From assembly GCF_009914755.1 (NCBI RefSeq), contig NC_060934.1: a DNA stretch of 64,000 bases. One strand, 5' to 3'. Positions 1 to 14,280 of the stretch are shown here, piece by piece (position 1 is the first letter of the stretch; each line of letters starts with the position of its first letter). Position numbers and translations under genes: made by a program. This DNA comes from the human T2T-CHM13v2.0 reference genome, Homo sapiens. The notes under the pieces are model-generated. The model saw nothing but the letters and a program-made list of their open reading frames with translations. It made no database searches and had not been told where the DNA came from.

Positions 1-329
1 TTCCTTACTTCTTGCTCTTTATTCCATACTCCTTACTTCTCTTTCACATTCCCCATCTGCTATCTCTATGCAATACTTTCAGTAAATTTTGATATTGAAT
101 GTCCATTTACTGATACTCTCTTTGGTTGGCTATGTCTACAGTTTAACCAGTCATTTACCTATGTTTTCTCTTTTTCTTTAAATTTCAGTGATTATATTTT
201 TATTTCATAAAATTCTGTTTAAATATGTCTAAAACCAATTTTTTTCTAAATTATCCTTTTATTGACTCGGAGCTTCTATACTTATGTTTATCTTTTTGAA
301 AAATATTTTACAACAGTGTTAAAAATGTT

Positions 330-3300
330 CCATTTAATCTATTTTAACTTTATTTTTGGAAAATTTTACGCTTACAGGAAAGTTCCAAAAATATTACCAA
401 GAAGGCCAGTAAACCCTTTACCCTGCCTCCCTGTATATTAGTGTTTTACATAACCATAAAATAATAATCTCTGAAATTAACCTTGGTACAGTATCATTAA
501 ACTACAGAATTTATTCAGACTTCAGCCATTTCTCCACTAATGTCCTTTCTCTATTCTAAGATCCAATCAGATCCCATGTGGCATTTATTTCTGTATTTTC
601 TCTATCTCCTTCAATCTGTGACAATTTCTCTTTCTTTCTTTGTCTTTGGTGACCTCAACACTTTTGAGGAGCACTGGTCAGTTATTTTGTAGATGGTTCC
701 CTCAGTTCAGGTTGTTTTAACATTTTCTCCTGATTATACTGAGCTTATGTATTATTGGGGAGATGCTGCAGAGGTGGTGTGCCTTTCTCAGTGCCTTGCA
801 CCAGGAAGCACATGATATTGATAAATACTACTGATGATGTTGACCTCAATTCCTTGGTTAAAGTGGCATCTGTCAGGATCCTTCACTGTAAAGCTACTAT
901 AGTCCCCTTTTTAATTACTAAGAATTTTGGAGATACTTTGAAACTATATAAATATTCAGTTTCTGCTTAAATTTCTCCCCACTCATTTTAGCATCTTTTT
1001 ATGGATCTTGTCTGCATTGATTATTTTTGTGGTGTTTTAATAGTGATTTTGTATTTCCCTGATTCTTCCACATTCACAAACTGAAATTTCTTCTGTAAAG
1101 AAAAGTTGTCTTGTTTCCCTTTCTCTCTTTTTTAATTTGTCTTAACATGGACCTATGGAGATTTATTTTATTAACTGGGGGTGTAATTCAGTTCTACCCC
1201 TACTTGTTTTGTTGCTCAAGTTATTCTAATTTTGGCTACTAGGAATTCTTTCAGGTTGGCGTCTGTGCTCTTTCAACATGGCACCATCTTTTTAAAAAGC
1301 ACTTCTTTAATTTCTGACGTCAGAAGAAGATGCAGACTCATCTTTCATTTATCCTGCCTCAAACGTGGTATCAACCTGTTCTCCAAGGAGCTCTTACTTC
1401 TTTTATTGAGAAATGGTAATTAGAAACCAAGTTCTGGGTGCAAGGTGTGCTCACTGCAACCTGGATATCATTGTCTTAGCAGACAGAAGTAGAAAACATG
1501 TGTGTGTGTGTGTACTAACTCATATACACACACAGCTCTCTCCCATTCCCCACTCCAAAATACAAAAATGCTGGGTTCATATTGATACATCCCACCCTAA
1601 TCCAGCACCATAAGATTCACTCTGGCCTTCTTTTCCTTTACTTATTTGTAACTTCTTTCTCCTACATAGTAAGAAACTGGCTGTCACTGTCTATAACATA
1701 TTTACCTACTTGTTCAACTTTAGTATACTACAAACGTATATTGCATTCCAGAGTTACTTAGTTCAGTTACTTCTTCCTCAGGGTGGCTATGAGATTAATT
1801 TGAAATGTAGTCAGTCATTTATTAGTCTGCCTTCCAACTCCCCATACCCCACATACTGGTTGATTGAAAAAAACACGATATAAAGTTCATTATTTTGGTG
1901 TACAGTACTATGGATTTTAACAAATGTCCAGACACGTACTTACCACTATAGTCCACTACAGAACAGGTGTATCATCCCTTAAATTCTCTGCTGTCCTTTT
2001 ACATCCGACCCTCTCTCCAGCAGCCATTAATTTATTTTGCTTTCTTATAGTTCTGCCTTTTCCAGAGATTCATATAAATGAGATTGTTTAATATGTAGCT
2101 TTTTGGGCATGGGTTCTTTTATGTAATAAGGTGCATTTAAGATTAATACATGTTCCATGCATCAATTGTCTGTTCCTTTATTGCTGAGTAACATTCTATG
2201 GTATGAATGTACCACAGTTTGTTGATCTATTCATCAGCTTAAGGACATTTGGATTGTTTCAGTTTGAGGAGATTATAAATAAAGCTGTAATAAACATTCA
2301 TATGCGGCGGTTGATGTGAACATAAGTTTTCATTTTTCTTGGATAGATAACTAGAAGTGGAGTTGATGGATCATATGGTAGGTGTGTGCTTAAATTTGTA
2401 AGGATCTATCAAACTACTCCCAAAGTGGCTGTTTAAATTCCAATCGACAGTTTTTTGTGAGCATTCCAGTTGCTCTGTATTCTCACCAGCAATTGATATT
2501 GTTAGTGTTTTCTGATTTTAGACATTTTAATAAGTATGTAGTAGTATCTTATTGTGTTTTCTGCATTTCTGTGATAATGCCGAAAACCCTTCCATATACT
2601 TATTTGTTATCCATTGATTTTTTAAAATGAAATATCTATTCATATCTTTGGCCCATTTTTCTATTTGGTTGTTTGTTTTCTGGTTGAGTTTTCAGGGTCT
2701 TTACTATGTGCTGGATAAAAGTCCTTTGTCAGAAATGTTACTTGCAAATAATTTCTCTCAGTCTATTCTTCTTATTTTTTAGCAGTCTTCTACAGAACAA
2801 AAATTTTAAATTTTGATAAAGTCCAATTTTTTTTTGGATTATGCTTTGGGTGTAGGATCATTGCCTAACCCAAGGCCACTTAGATTTTCTCGTAGATTTT
2901 CTTTTGGAAATATTATCGTTATATACATTTCATTTATAACCTATGCAGCTAATTCTTGTGTCAATTGTAAGGAATAGGAAAACGTTTAGTTTTGGGACAT
3001 GAACTTCAAATTGTTTTGGTACTTTTTTTTTTTTTTTTTTTAAGACGGAGTCTCCCTCTGTCGCCCAGGCTGGAGTACAGTGGTACAATCTTGGCTCACT
3101 GCAACCTCTGCCTCCTGGGTTCAAGCGATTCTCCTGCCTCAGCCTCCTGAGTAGCTGGAACTACAGGCACCTGCCACCATGCCCAGCTAGTTTTTGGATT
3201 TTTAGTAGAGACAGGGTTTCTCCATATTGGCCAGGCTGGTCTTGAACTCCTGACCTTGTGATCCACCCGCCTCAGCCTCCCAAAGTGCTGGGATTACAGG

Positions 3301-5870
3301 CATGAGTCACCATCCCCGTCTGGCACCATTTGTTAAAAACACTCTCCTTTCTCCATTAAATTGCCTTTGCCAAAAAAACGTTAACTGTGTTTGTGTGAGT
3401 CTTTCCTTTGTGGGCTCTCTTTTCTGTTCTACTGATATATGTGTCTATCCTTTAACCAATACTTTGCTGTATTGTTTTCTGTATCTTTATAGTAAGTCTT
3501 TAAATTGTGTGGTGTTAGTCCTGCAATTTTGTTTTTCTTTTTGGCTATTGTATTTTCTAGCCTTTCAATGGAAATTTTAGAATCAGCTTGTTGAGATTTA
3601 TAAAAAGGCCTGCTGGGATTTTGATGGGCATTGACTGCCCTGATTGTATAGATTAAAAACATGGAAAATTGACACCTTAACAATACTGAATTTTCCAGTT
3701 CACAAATATGTTATATACCTCCAGTCATTTATGTCTTCTTTGATTTCTTACATCAGTGTTTTATAGTCTTTAGCACATAGGGCCTGCACAGTATTTTGTT
3801 AGATTTATACCAAAGTATTTTTTAATGCTGTCATAAATGGTATTATTGTTAAATTTTCAAATTCCAAGTGTTCGTTACTAGTATATGGAAGCAGAAACAC
3901 ATTTTTGTGTTGATTTTATAACCTGAACCTTGTTAAACTCATTAGTTCTGGGAGCTTTTTTGGTAGATTAAAAAAAAAAGACTTTCTATATAGATAATCA
4001 TGTAGTCTAAGAATAGAGACAGTTTTACCTATTCTTACTGATCTTTATGAGTTTAATAGTTTTTCCTGTGTTAATGCACTGTGAGGACTTCCAGTACAAT
4101 GTTGAATAAGAGTGAGAAGATATCTTTGCCTCGTTCCCAATCTTAGCAGGAAAGCATTCAGTCTTTCTCCTTAGCTGTAGGTCTTTTGTCCTTGATATTG
4201 GTAATTTTGTTATCTCTCTTTAATTCTTGGCCACTCTGGCTAAAAGTTTATCACTTTTATTGATCTTTTCAAGTAACCAGGTTTTGGTATCATTGATTTA
4301 TTTTTGGTTTCACTTATTTTTGTTCGCTCTTTATTATTTCTTCTGTTTGCTGTGGTTTCGTTTGTTCTTTTTTTCTACTTTGTGAATAAGAAAGATTAGG
4401 TGATTAATATGAAACTTAAAGTTTTCTAATATAAGTTATTAAATGCTATACATTTCTCTCTACTGCTTTAACTGCAACCCACAAATTTTTGTGTTACATT
4501 TTCACTTTCATTCAGTTCAAAGCATTTTAATCTACTTTGATAGTCCCTCTTTTATGCATGACTAATTTCTAAGTATGTTGCTTAGTTTCCAAATATTTGG
4601 GGATTTTACAGATATTGGTTATTGATTTCTAGTGTAATTCTTTTATGGCTGGAACACATATTTTGTATTATATCTCTTCTTTTAAATTTGTTCAGGTTTG
4701 TTTTACGGCCCCAAATACAACCTATCTGGTTGTATTCTTAAATATTTCACGTTGAGTGGAGTGTTCTATAAACATCCATTTAGCTCTTGTTGTTACTAGT
4801 GTTGCTCAGTTCTTCAGTATACTTGCTGATTTTCTTTCTACTTGTTCTATTGATTTGCGAGAGAAGAATATTGAAGTCTCCAGCTAAAACTGTGATTTGT
4901 CTTTTTCTCTTTCCAGTTCTGTTGTTTTTGGTTTATGTATTTTGGTTATGTATTATGTGTATACTCATTGAATATTGTTTTCTCTTGGAGAACTGTTAAT
5001 TATCTTGGAGAAATGACCCATTTATTGTTAGGTAATGTCCCTGTTTGGTCCTGATAATATTATTTGTTCTGAAATCCACTTTGTCAGATAGTAATGCAAG
5101 TATTCTAGCTTTTTGTTTAGGGTTTGCAGGGTGTATCTTACTTTATAATTTTTCTTTTACTTATAAAGATGCATTTCCTTTAACTTATGTCTTTCTATTC
5201 AAAGTAGGTTTGTAGCAGACAGCATATGGCTGGGTCTTTTTTGTTGTTGTTTGTTTCTTTTTAAAGTCAATCTGACAGCTAGTCTATTCTTATTTAAATG
5301 TGATTATTGTAAGTTCGGATTAAAATCTACCACTTTGTTAGCTGTTTACTATTAATTACATTTCTTCTTTGTTTCCACCTCCCCAAATTTTTATGCCTCT
5401 TTTGGGTTATTTAAGCATTTAAAAATAATTCTTTTGTAAATTTCACTGAATTATTATTTTTGTCTCTAAAAATTTTTTTGTGGTTTCTCCAGGGTTTACA
5501 GTATACATTTATAATTGTCTAGAATCTTCCTTCAAATAATATGATGCTGCTTTGGTGTATTATAATGACCTTATAATATTTCCAATTCCTTCCTTCAATC
5601 TTTCATGTTGTTGCTGTTATACATATTGCTTTTACATATGCTTTAAACCAACAATATGGTGATACTATTTTTGCCTTAAATTAAAAACAAGAAAACAAAT
5701 CCATTTCATTTTGCCTTCATTCATTCCATTTGCATTGCTCCTTATTTCTTTGTGCAAATTGAGGCTTCAGTCTGATATCATATTCCTTCTGCCTCAATAG
5801 CTTTCTTTAACATTTCTTATAGGGTAAATCTACTGGCAAATGAATTCCCTGTTTTAGTTTCTCTAAGAAA
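330..5870 (-). mobile_element. Layered ancient L1M (L1MB/MC/ME-type) fragments: 3' UTR and ORF2 remnants
   Basis: T-rich + strand with typical antisense L1 motifs (e.g. CCAAAGTGGCTG, AGGAAAGCATTCAGTCTTTC, ATATTGAAGTCTCCAGCT). The minus ORF 3429-3683 (IAGLTPHNLKTYYK...KYWLKDRHIYQ) resembles decayed L1 ORF2. Interrupted by an Alu. Boundaries approximate. Confidence 0.8.
3023..3320 (-). mobile_element. AluS (Sg/Sc-like), full length
   Basis: Poly-T from 3023, then antisense Alu dimer (GAGTCTCCCTCTGTCGCCCAGGCTGGAG...CCCAAAGTGCTGGGATTACAGGC). Confidence 0.95.
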
Positions 5871-5874
5871 ATCT

Positions 5875-6530
5875 TTATTTTTGTTATTGTGATAAAAACA
5901 CATGAATTTACCCCTTAACAATTTAAAAATGTATTACACTATTGTTAACTATATGTACATTGTTGTACTATTGATTTCTAGAACTTTTTCATCTTGAATA
6001 ACTGAAACTCTATAGCAACTGAACAACAGCTTTCCATTTCTCTCTCCTCCTATACTCTGGCAACCAGTATGCCACCTTATGTTTTTATGAGTTTGATTAC
6101 TTTAGATACCTTATATAAGTGGGATCATGCATTTTTCATTGTTTTTGTGATTGACTTATTTCACTTGGCATAGTGAGCTCAATGTTCATCCACATGGTAG
6201 CAAATGATAAGATTTCTTTCTTTTTTAATGCTGAATACAATAATATTCCATTGTATGTCTATACCACATTTTCTTTTTCTGTTCACTTATTGATAGACAT
6301 GTAGGGTCATGTTCACATATTGGCTATTATGAATAATCATTCAACTATCTCTTCAAGTTCCTGTTTTTAATTTTTTTGGAAGTAGGATTGCTAGATCATA
6401 TGGTAGTTCTATTTTTAATTTTCTTGAGTTCCTCATGGCTGTTTTCCACAGCAGCTGTAACATTTGCTAATCTTACCAACAGTGTACAGGCTCTAATTTC
6501 TCCACATCTCCACCGACACTTGTTATTTTC
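5875..6530 (-). mobile_element. L1MA-type 3' end
   Basis: Antisense L1 3' UTR and ORF2 C-terminus. ORF 6396-6647 encodes NNKCRWRCGEIRACTLL, resembling the L1 C-terminal Cys domain. Confidence 0.8.
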
Positions 6531-9500
6531 TGTTTTTTTTTTCCGTTGTTCTGAGACCTCAACTCTTTCATGGATTAAATAAAGGTCACCTTGAGTTAGA
6601 AGTTTGTCCACGTGTTTTCCATTGTAATGTGTGAGTGTGATACCCATTTTAGCTCTTTACATCCCTGAGTGGAAGCCAGAAATCATGCTTAATTGATTTT
6701 TAATGGTTTCCAGAGTATTTACTTTTTTCTTGTTGTATCTTTTGACCATCTCTTATTGTAATTTGTATGTTACACAAGTTCTTACTTTGAATCCATCTTT
6801 AGTGAGTTTGTTTCCCATGAATCTTAAGTGTTTTAAATTGTGGAGATGCCTTTATAGATTATTTTGTTTTACCTTCTATAGCTTTCACTCATTCTAGAAC
6901 TTTAAAAAATCTTTTTCTTGGCTTCCCCCAGCTCTCTCTCTCTCATTTTTTTGGCAGCACATCTCCTGGGTAGTTCCAACTGGAATGCTACATTTCATGT
7001 GGCACAATCCTAGAATTTTGATTTTTTCATAGTTGATCTTTTTCACCCAAGACCTAGAATGGGCAGCCTGCTTCTGTGATGTATACCTGAACAATAAGCC
7101 GAGTTTTCCTTTCTCTCCATTTTCCAGTAGGACAGTCTTGTCGAGCTTCTAGTTTAATGGAGACAGAGAAGTTCTGCCACCTTTGTATACACAGAGCCTG
7201 TGGAGTTAATGCTTCCAGACCCTAATGTGTGTAACAAGCTCTAATTGCACTGTGTGTATCCCTCCTGCTCAGTTCTTTGGATTTGAGTCTTTTTTTCATT
7301 TTTGTCATTGGGGGATTTTCTTTTCCCGCTTTCTGGTCCATCAATGTGTTTAAACGTGTTGTTAGTTGTTTTTGCCACCCGTCATTTCTGTATGTCTAGG
7401 GCAGGGTTGGGACTTCCTGCATTAACTCAGTCTTGCATATTGACCAGAAGTTAATTAATGTAATTATTATTTGAAATCAAGTGACCAAATAGTGAATGAA
7501 ATAAGTCAATTTAAAAATTAAGTTAATTTTTAACAAGGTACAAAACCATATTTCCATAAAGCTTGGCCCTGGATTGGGTGGGGTTATAGGATCTAAAAGA
7601 TACTATGTCCCTTAGCCTCAGGTTTCTCTCTTTAACCTAAGGCATTAGATGTGATGATCCCAGAGGTTTAGTGACTTGTTCTAAGGCACCAGCTAGATGA
7701 ATACAGAGCTGGAATAAAAAGTCCCCATCCTATATTCTGTCTCAAGTTGAGAGAGTTTATTTAAATTTAAAAGCCATCTCCTCCAGGAGGTCTCCTAGAA
7801 CTGTCTTCTTTGCATTTGAGCTGGGATATGGAAGTAATCTGTAGCCTTCACTTTGTGTCTGTGCTTTTGCTACCTGTAGTGTCCCTTGTTATTATTTTTC
7901 TCAGATCCAAGGAGCTGACAGTTTAATGAGGAGGTATTATGCAGGTAGACAGGATTTTATGCTCTTTGAACAGTCTTTTCCTCCCATCTAGCTACAAACA
8001 TACCCAGCCTCTAGCTTGCAGTTGGGCACTCAATGAACCATTGTTAACTCTATAATAAAATCTTCAGGGGTTGGAGATACCAGGCAAGAAGGAGAACATT
8101 CCTCAAGTACCATATGCAAAAATCAGTGAATAGAGGAGAGAGAAAGGGAAGGCTTAACGGAGGGATATAGCCATGTGGGGAGTAAGAGGGAAAGCAACAA
8201 AAAGGTGAAAGGAAAGTTGACGAGGAAATGTATAGTGTGGAGAAAAGGAGGGAGCTGGGGCTCAGACATTGAGTTTTCTTCTTAGCTACTTTCATCTCTG
8301 TTGTGCAGAAAATTCTCTTACTCATCAGATTATATCAACCTTGGGAAACTTGAGCTGTAAGGGACTGTGTTTATTTCATGTGAGTAATTATACAAAGTAT
8401 CTTCATCATGGAACCAGAAGTACACTCAAGCAAGATCATCTCTTATTTTCCTTAATGGAATAAATAACATGATTTTTCTGTGCTATGTTCTATGAACAGA
8501 AAGTAACAGAAATAAAATCAACAAAGTTTTTGTAAATAGAACAGAGAGCTGGGAAGATTTCTCTTCTTTGTTGACACCTGGCCTCAGCAAGCTATCAGTA
8601 TAATAAAGGCTGTCTGCTAGCTGGTCCCACATTGGGCCATGAAATGTATCTATTCTATGCCATGCCTTTGTGATTGATACTGTGACGCTCAAGGATAAAG
8701 GGACTATCAGTCGGAAAAACAGAAACAACTCTAGTTATTTTAGCATGAAAATATTTAATAGAGGAAATCTGCTGCTTACAAAAATCTTCCAAAGACTTGG
8801 GAGATAATGGTCAGGAAGCAACATGGACAACCTTCAGAAAATTGGAGAATGTTAAGATCTCAGCATGCTGCTGGTGGTGAACCCAGCTGCCTGCCACACT
8901 GAAGCAGGTGATTAATGGAAGATTGCCCAAGATTTACTGCAAAACTCATGTCTGCCAACCACCCTGAATCTACTTTCCACCGTTGGAAGAAGATAATGAA
9001 TAGTACCTTCTTCTCTTTTCCCTTCTAAATCTTATGTGAGTTGCATTCATTAGTAGATTCTAAATCAGAATCTTGCTGACAGTAGAGTTTGAAAAATGTA
9101 CTTTCTAGGCACCCCCTGGGATACAGGGCAGAGCTTTAAAGAGAAGACATAGTGCTGAGAACCAATAGACAATGCCCAACAAAATAATCTCCCACCGACA
9201 CTCAGAATTTAACTATGTTGCTGTTTTATTCACCTCATGTCTTCTTAATAAGCTGATAGTCTCTAATGAGAAAATATTATCCAATGGCTTCTCCATGGAG
9301 CTGGTAGGATTTCTTTTCCTGGGTGTACTCCAGGAATTGAAAACTTCAAGGGGAAATTATTTTGGATTACTTGTTCTGATCTCATGAGCAAAAGAAACAA
9401 TTACAAATAAAGGGTCAAATATAATAACTAATGTTTATTAAACGTGACAAATTATTGACATACATGATTTTATTCTGGATATGTTGAAGTCTCCAATCTT

Positions 9501-9759
9501 TTGCTATTATTTCCATTTTACAAATGAAATTGAGGCTTTAGGAGTTTAAGTCAGTTGCCAAAAAGACACAGCTAGAAGTTAGAGCCCAGATTTGAACTTG
9601 ACTACTGAACTCCCCTGGAGTCTGAGAGCTTCACCACAATGCTATTTACCAGCCAAATCGTGCTGTTTCATAAGGGGTGGATTAGACAATGTGTGGGATT
9701 ATGATTAATCTATTCACTTGTCTTCATTCCCCACAATTGCTCCCTAGTACAGACTGTAG

Positions 9760-10360
9760 CAATCTCTTTCCTGGAAACCATAGTAGCCTCCCAACTGGTC
9801 TGCCCTTCTCCAGCTTGCACCAACCCTGAAATTCATTCCTCACCTGCTACTTCAAGGATCTTTCTAAAATGCAGGCCTGATTGTGCTCCTTCTGTGGCTT
9901 TGCGCATTCCTCAGGATGGTGGTTGAAAGCCCCATTTTCAGCCTCTCTCTGCCTCTCCATCATTCCCTCCCCTCATCCTCTTGCTTGCATTCTCTCATCT
10001 CTTTCAAAGAAACCATGTGCTCTGGCTTTGAGACCTTTGCACATGCTTTTTCCTTTGCTCGGCAAATCCTTGTCCCACAGCCTCTTTCTTCTGGCTGACG
10101 CCTGCGCGTTCAGCTCTGAGACTCTGGGCAACTTGCCTATTGCTGGATGACATTATTCCCTGCTGTATTTGTCCAACATTCCGTTGATTCTGCTTAGGTA
10201 ACACTCCCTAATTTCATCAACATAATTTCCCCCCCAAATTCTTTTTTGTTTATTGTGAAACTTTTGACGATGTGCATCGTGTCTACTTCAAATTCCCAGC
10301 ACCTGGCTCAGTGACAGCAAGAGTAGATGTTCAGTAAGTATTTGTTGAATGAAGGGATTC
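9760..10360 (-). mobile_element. L2 fragment
   Basis: ATAGTAGCCTCCCAACTGGTCTGCC...TTTGCACATGCTTTTCC...GTAGATGTTCAGTAAGTATTTGTTGAATGAA is typical decayed L2. Confidence 0.65.
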
Positions 10361-11489
10361 ATGTTGGCAGTACTGATAAGTGTCTGCTCAAAAAGGAGTC
10401 TATCCGTTGGGTGGCTCTAATCCTACTGTCTCCTCTAGCTGCCTTTTTCTTTCTGCCTCCTATTCTCTTTTTTCCCTTTCCCTTCCCAACCTCCTTCTCA
10501 AGCATGGCAGAGTTGGAGAGCCCTTGGGGAGAATCCTTACTTCCCACCCCAAGCCCTCCTAGTTTCAACTTTCTTCTTCCCATACTTGGATGCAGCAGGA
10601 TAAAGGGTAACAGATCCAGTCTCATGGCATGAGTCCGTGAGACACCAGGGAAAGCTGTGTCCCCAGGTTGATTATGTTCTCCTCTTTTCTTGTCCTGAGA
10701 GCCAACATACCTGTGGTAAATCATCCTGCCACTGAATGCTGCTAAGCAATCAAGCCCTTAGCACACCAAGGAGGCACAGTTTATTTTTTTATTTCCACCA
10801 GCCACTTCTGAGTCTATCTCATACTTGTCTTCAGAGACAGATGGCATTTTCTGAAACAAGACTGAAATCAATCAACAGAGAGAGTCCTGAGAACCCCATG
10901 GTGTTTTCACATGTCCCTCCCTTGAGCCAACATCGTAACGTTTCCCACCCTGGCAGCTGGGGCTGTCTGTGGATGCTGCCATTCATTTAGGAGCTGGATT
11001 GTTGCAGCAGCCAGGCTAATGACTTGCTCCTGCTCACCCACATCCAGCTCGCATGCCAAGCAGGGAAGCTGGCCAATATATTTAACCATAAGGAGATTCA
11101 ATCACAAATGTCTAACTTGAGCTCTGCTTTCACCCCAATGAATCACTGAGTAGGGCTAGTGGGGGCCTACATTGGGATTCAGCTACTTCTCTTCTCCATG
11201 TTTACCGACTCTTTTGGTTCAAGTGTAGCTTCTGAGCACCATAAACCTCCCATAAAGATGTTTATTAGTAAAACATCTAGGAAATATTGCTAATTCACTT
11301 GCAAGAGTAGCCATCTACTGAGTAGTACCAAATGGTGTTCATTAGCAGAGAACAGGAACAAACATGATTTAAAACTACTGGGGAGAGAGGCAGGAGTGAA
11401 TGTTCTAGGCTGTGCCAGGAGAAGCAGGCATGAAGGTAGTTGGGGAATGTTTTCTCAGAGTGTCCCACAGCCCATCTGGCTGACGGCTT

Positions 11490-12200
11490 GGTTTAGGTTC
11501 CCCTAAGAGTGTAGACCCTGAGAAAGGATTTGGTGCAGTCAGTTTATTTGGAAGGCAATCTCAAGAAGGAGTTGAGGAAGTGATATGGTTTGGCTGTGTC
11601 CCCACCCAAATCTCACCTTGAATTGTAATAAACCCATGTGTCAAGGGCAGGTCCAGGTGTAGATAATTGAATCATGGGGGTAGTTTTCCCCATATTATTC
11701 TCATGATTGTAAATAAGTCTCATGAGATCTGATGGTTTTATACATGGGAGTTCCCTGCACGAGTTCTCTCTTGCCTGCCGCCATGTAAGATGTGACTTGC
11801 TACTTCTTGTCTTCCATCATGATTGTGAGGCCTCCCAATAGTTATGTGGAACTGTGAGTCAATGAAACCTCTTTCCTTTATAACTACTTAATCTTCAGTA
11901 TGTCTTTGTTAGCAGTGTGATAACAGACTAATACAGGAAGTGAGCCAAGGAAGGGAGGCGATCCAATAGAGGGTGAGCTCATGAGTGGGACTACTGTAGG
12001 CATCTGGACTCAGCCCTGTTGCTGACTCTCTGGGAAACTGTATGGAACACACCTCAGAATTGTCCTTACTCCTCACAATGACAGGAGAAAGAACTGGGGT
12101 CATTCATCAGGAACTTCTTTTCTTCATTGGTTGAGAGTTGCACTGGGGTTGTGAACTCCCTGACACTTGTAGCTTCCCTACAGATAGTTGAGTGTGCCTC
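11490..12200. mobile_element. Ancient ERVL/MaLR-type LTR fragment, split by the THE1 LTR
   Basis: GGTTCCCC...AGACCCTGAGAAAGGATTTGGTGCAGTCAGTTTATTTGG start. The sequence resumes after THE1 at 11936. Family uncertain. Confidence 0.45.
11581..11935 (+). mobile_element. THE1 (ERVL-MaLR) solo LTR
   Basis: Starts TGATATGGTTTGGCTGTGTCCCCACCCAAATCTC and ends CAGACTAATACA. Perfect 5-bp TSD GGAAG at 11576-11580 and 11936-11940. Confidence 0.95.
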
Positions 12201-13841
12201 CCATGGAGACCTGGGAAGCCAGCAGCTATGGGACCCATCTGCAATTGGCTCTGGGGCAGGGGCATGGCATGGCTATCTGCCTCACCTTTTGCAGCAGAAA
12301 GGACACTAGCTTCTGGTTAGCTTCAAACCCTAACCTCCTCATTTAAAAAATTGGATCTGATGGACCTCAGAGGGAATGTGCTCATTAGAGAAATATTTAA
12401 ACTGTGGAAAATGCCTTTCGGTGGCCATTTCAACTCTGGCTTGGCCAGTTTCTCCCGGGAGAAGTGTGTGGAGTGTGGCATGAGGCTTGCTGGACTCATT
12501 ATCCCACAGCATGGAACTCACATCCCAGCTCCTCTATGAAACCTCCATGACCAGCTCACCTGGGCCTTATGTTTTCAGTGGCCACTCCCCACCCCCTGGG
12601 ACTTTACCATCTACAGCCTTGCTGGGTGTGTATCAGTTTTTTGTCCTTGTGCATATCTGATCCCTCAGCTAGGAGGCAAGGCTCTTGAGGGCCAGGACCA
12701 TGACTTAGGCAACTCTACCCTGGACACTGAGACCTCTGAGCTATTAGCAGTGTGATTCCAACAGAGTTAAATGCAGTACATGCCACCATATACTCACAGG
12801 GTAGCCACTTCAGTTACCCAGTGGATTATTGTACAGTGTGTTTTCCTTCCTGGAATTAGAATTAAAGAGGACTTGATTTTGCAGATAATTAAAACATGAC
12901 TTTTACTGGAACAGATATAAAAGCAATTGTGACTGTGACATGTATTAACTTTTAAAATTCTTACCAGTATCCTATTTTGTGGATGAGAAATCTGAGGCAC
13001 AAGATAAGAAACTTGCCCAGGGTTTCTCACGGGAGAGCCCTGACCTAGGTTCTCTAGATTCCTTCTTTCCACAGTGCTATAGGGTTCCCAAAGTGGGGAC
13101 AGTCGGAGGGGTGAGGTGTGTGTTCATTGGAAGGGGTGATATCAGTTTCTTTGCTCATGTGTCCATCCGGTTGAATGAGCAGAAACCCATGTAAACCACT
13201 GGGGGTTTTATGGAAGCCAAGTCAGGGATGGGCGCTGGGTTTCATGACAGGCTGGAGCAAGAACTTGAAAGGCACCAGGAGATGGAGCAGCTTCCCTCTC
13301 TGCAGCTTATTCCTGCATCCTGTGGGTGTCTGCTCCCTTCTTCTGTCTGTCTCAGCAGCTTGATCCTCTCTGCACATGGGTCAAAATGTCCTTGAATTTT
13401 AAACACTGAGATTGGCCATAGGAACTGTGTTCCAATCCCAGGGGAGAGTCTGAAGGGTCTATCCCCATCCAATCTACCATGGCGGGGGATGGGGGCCTTA
13501 GTATCAACTCACTCTCCCCTCCATATTCCTACCTCACCAATGCCTCAATCAGAGATGTCCATTCAGCTGTCACTCTCCTGAAGGAAGATCTGGAAGAGGC
13601 ACCAACCATCTGGGCTTTAGCCTGTGTTCTCTTCTCTGCTGCTTTATGCATCCAAGTTCTGGGTTCCTCAACCTTTGGTGAAGCCCTGCTTAATGCAAGT
13701 TGGAAACCTGAGTGTCCTGAGGAAGGAGAGAGCATATTGAGGAAGGGGGACCCTGATGTCATGTTAGATATATCTGGGCCAGTTTTACTGAGGTGCCTTG
13801 GAAGTGACAGAAAGCAGATAGAAGAATGGTTCTTTCTTGGC

Positions 13842-13972
13842 TCAGTAGTTCTCAATCCTACTTGGGGTGATTTCTCTGAAAAGTCTAATTTTTATGTAGA
13901 TGGGGCTCAGGCATCAAAAAAATTTAAAATGACTCTGGTGATTCTAATGTGTAGCCAGAGCTAAGAACCCCT
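13842..13972. mobile_element. MER5A-like hAT-Charlie MITE
   Basis: CAGTAGTTCTCAA...GGTGATTCTAATGTGTAGCCAGAGCTAAGAACC termini are typical of MER5. Confidence 0.6.
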
Positions 13973-14280
13973 ATCTTGACGAAAGTAGTTTTGAAAGAGA
14001 ATGCAAGGTCCCAAGTGGAGCTCCAAGGATCAGCTCCTGGGAAGTGGCTTATTTTCTATCAGATATGCTTATCTGCTGCCTTGGCCACCAAGTTCACAAT
14101 CCGCACTTTATACTACCACTTTGTATTGGTGGCACCAGGGTGTGAATCCCTTCAAAGACTTCTGATAGAGGGGAATGCAAGGCAATTTAGTGGGCTGGGG
14201 CAGTTTTGCATCTTTTCCAAGTCTGCCCAGAGGCCCTCTCTTGGAGCGAGTATCCGTGTGGGTGCTTGCCACAGGAAGAC

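Noticed and set aside
6530-6690. T-run followed by unassigned sequence as a processed-transcript insertion
   Set aside because: No antisense poly-A signal or TSD found.
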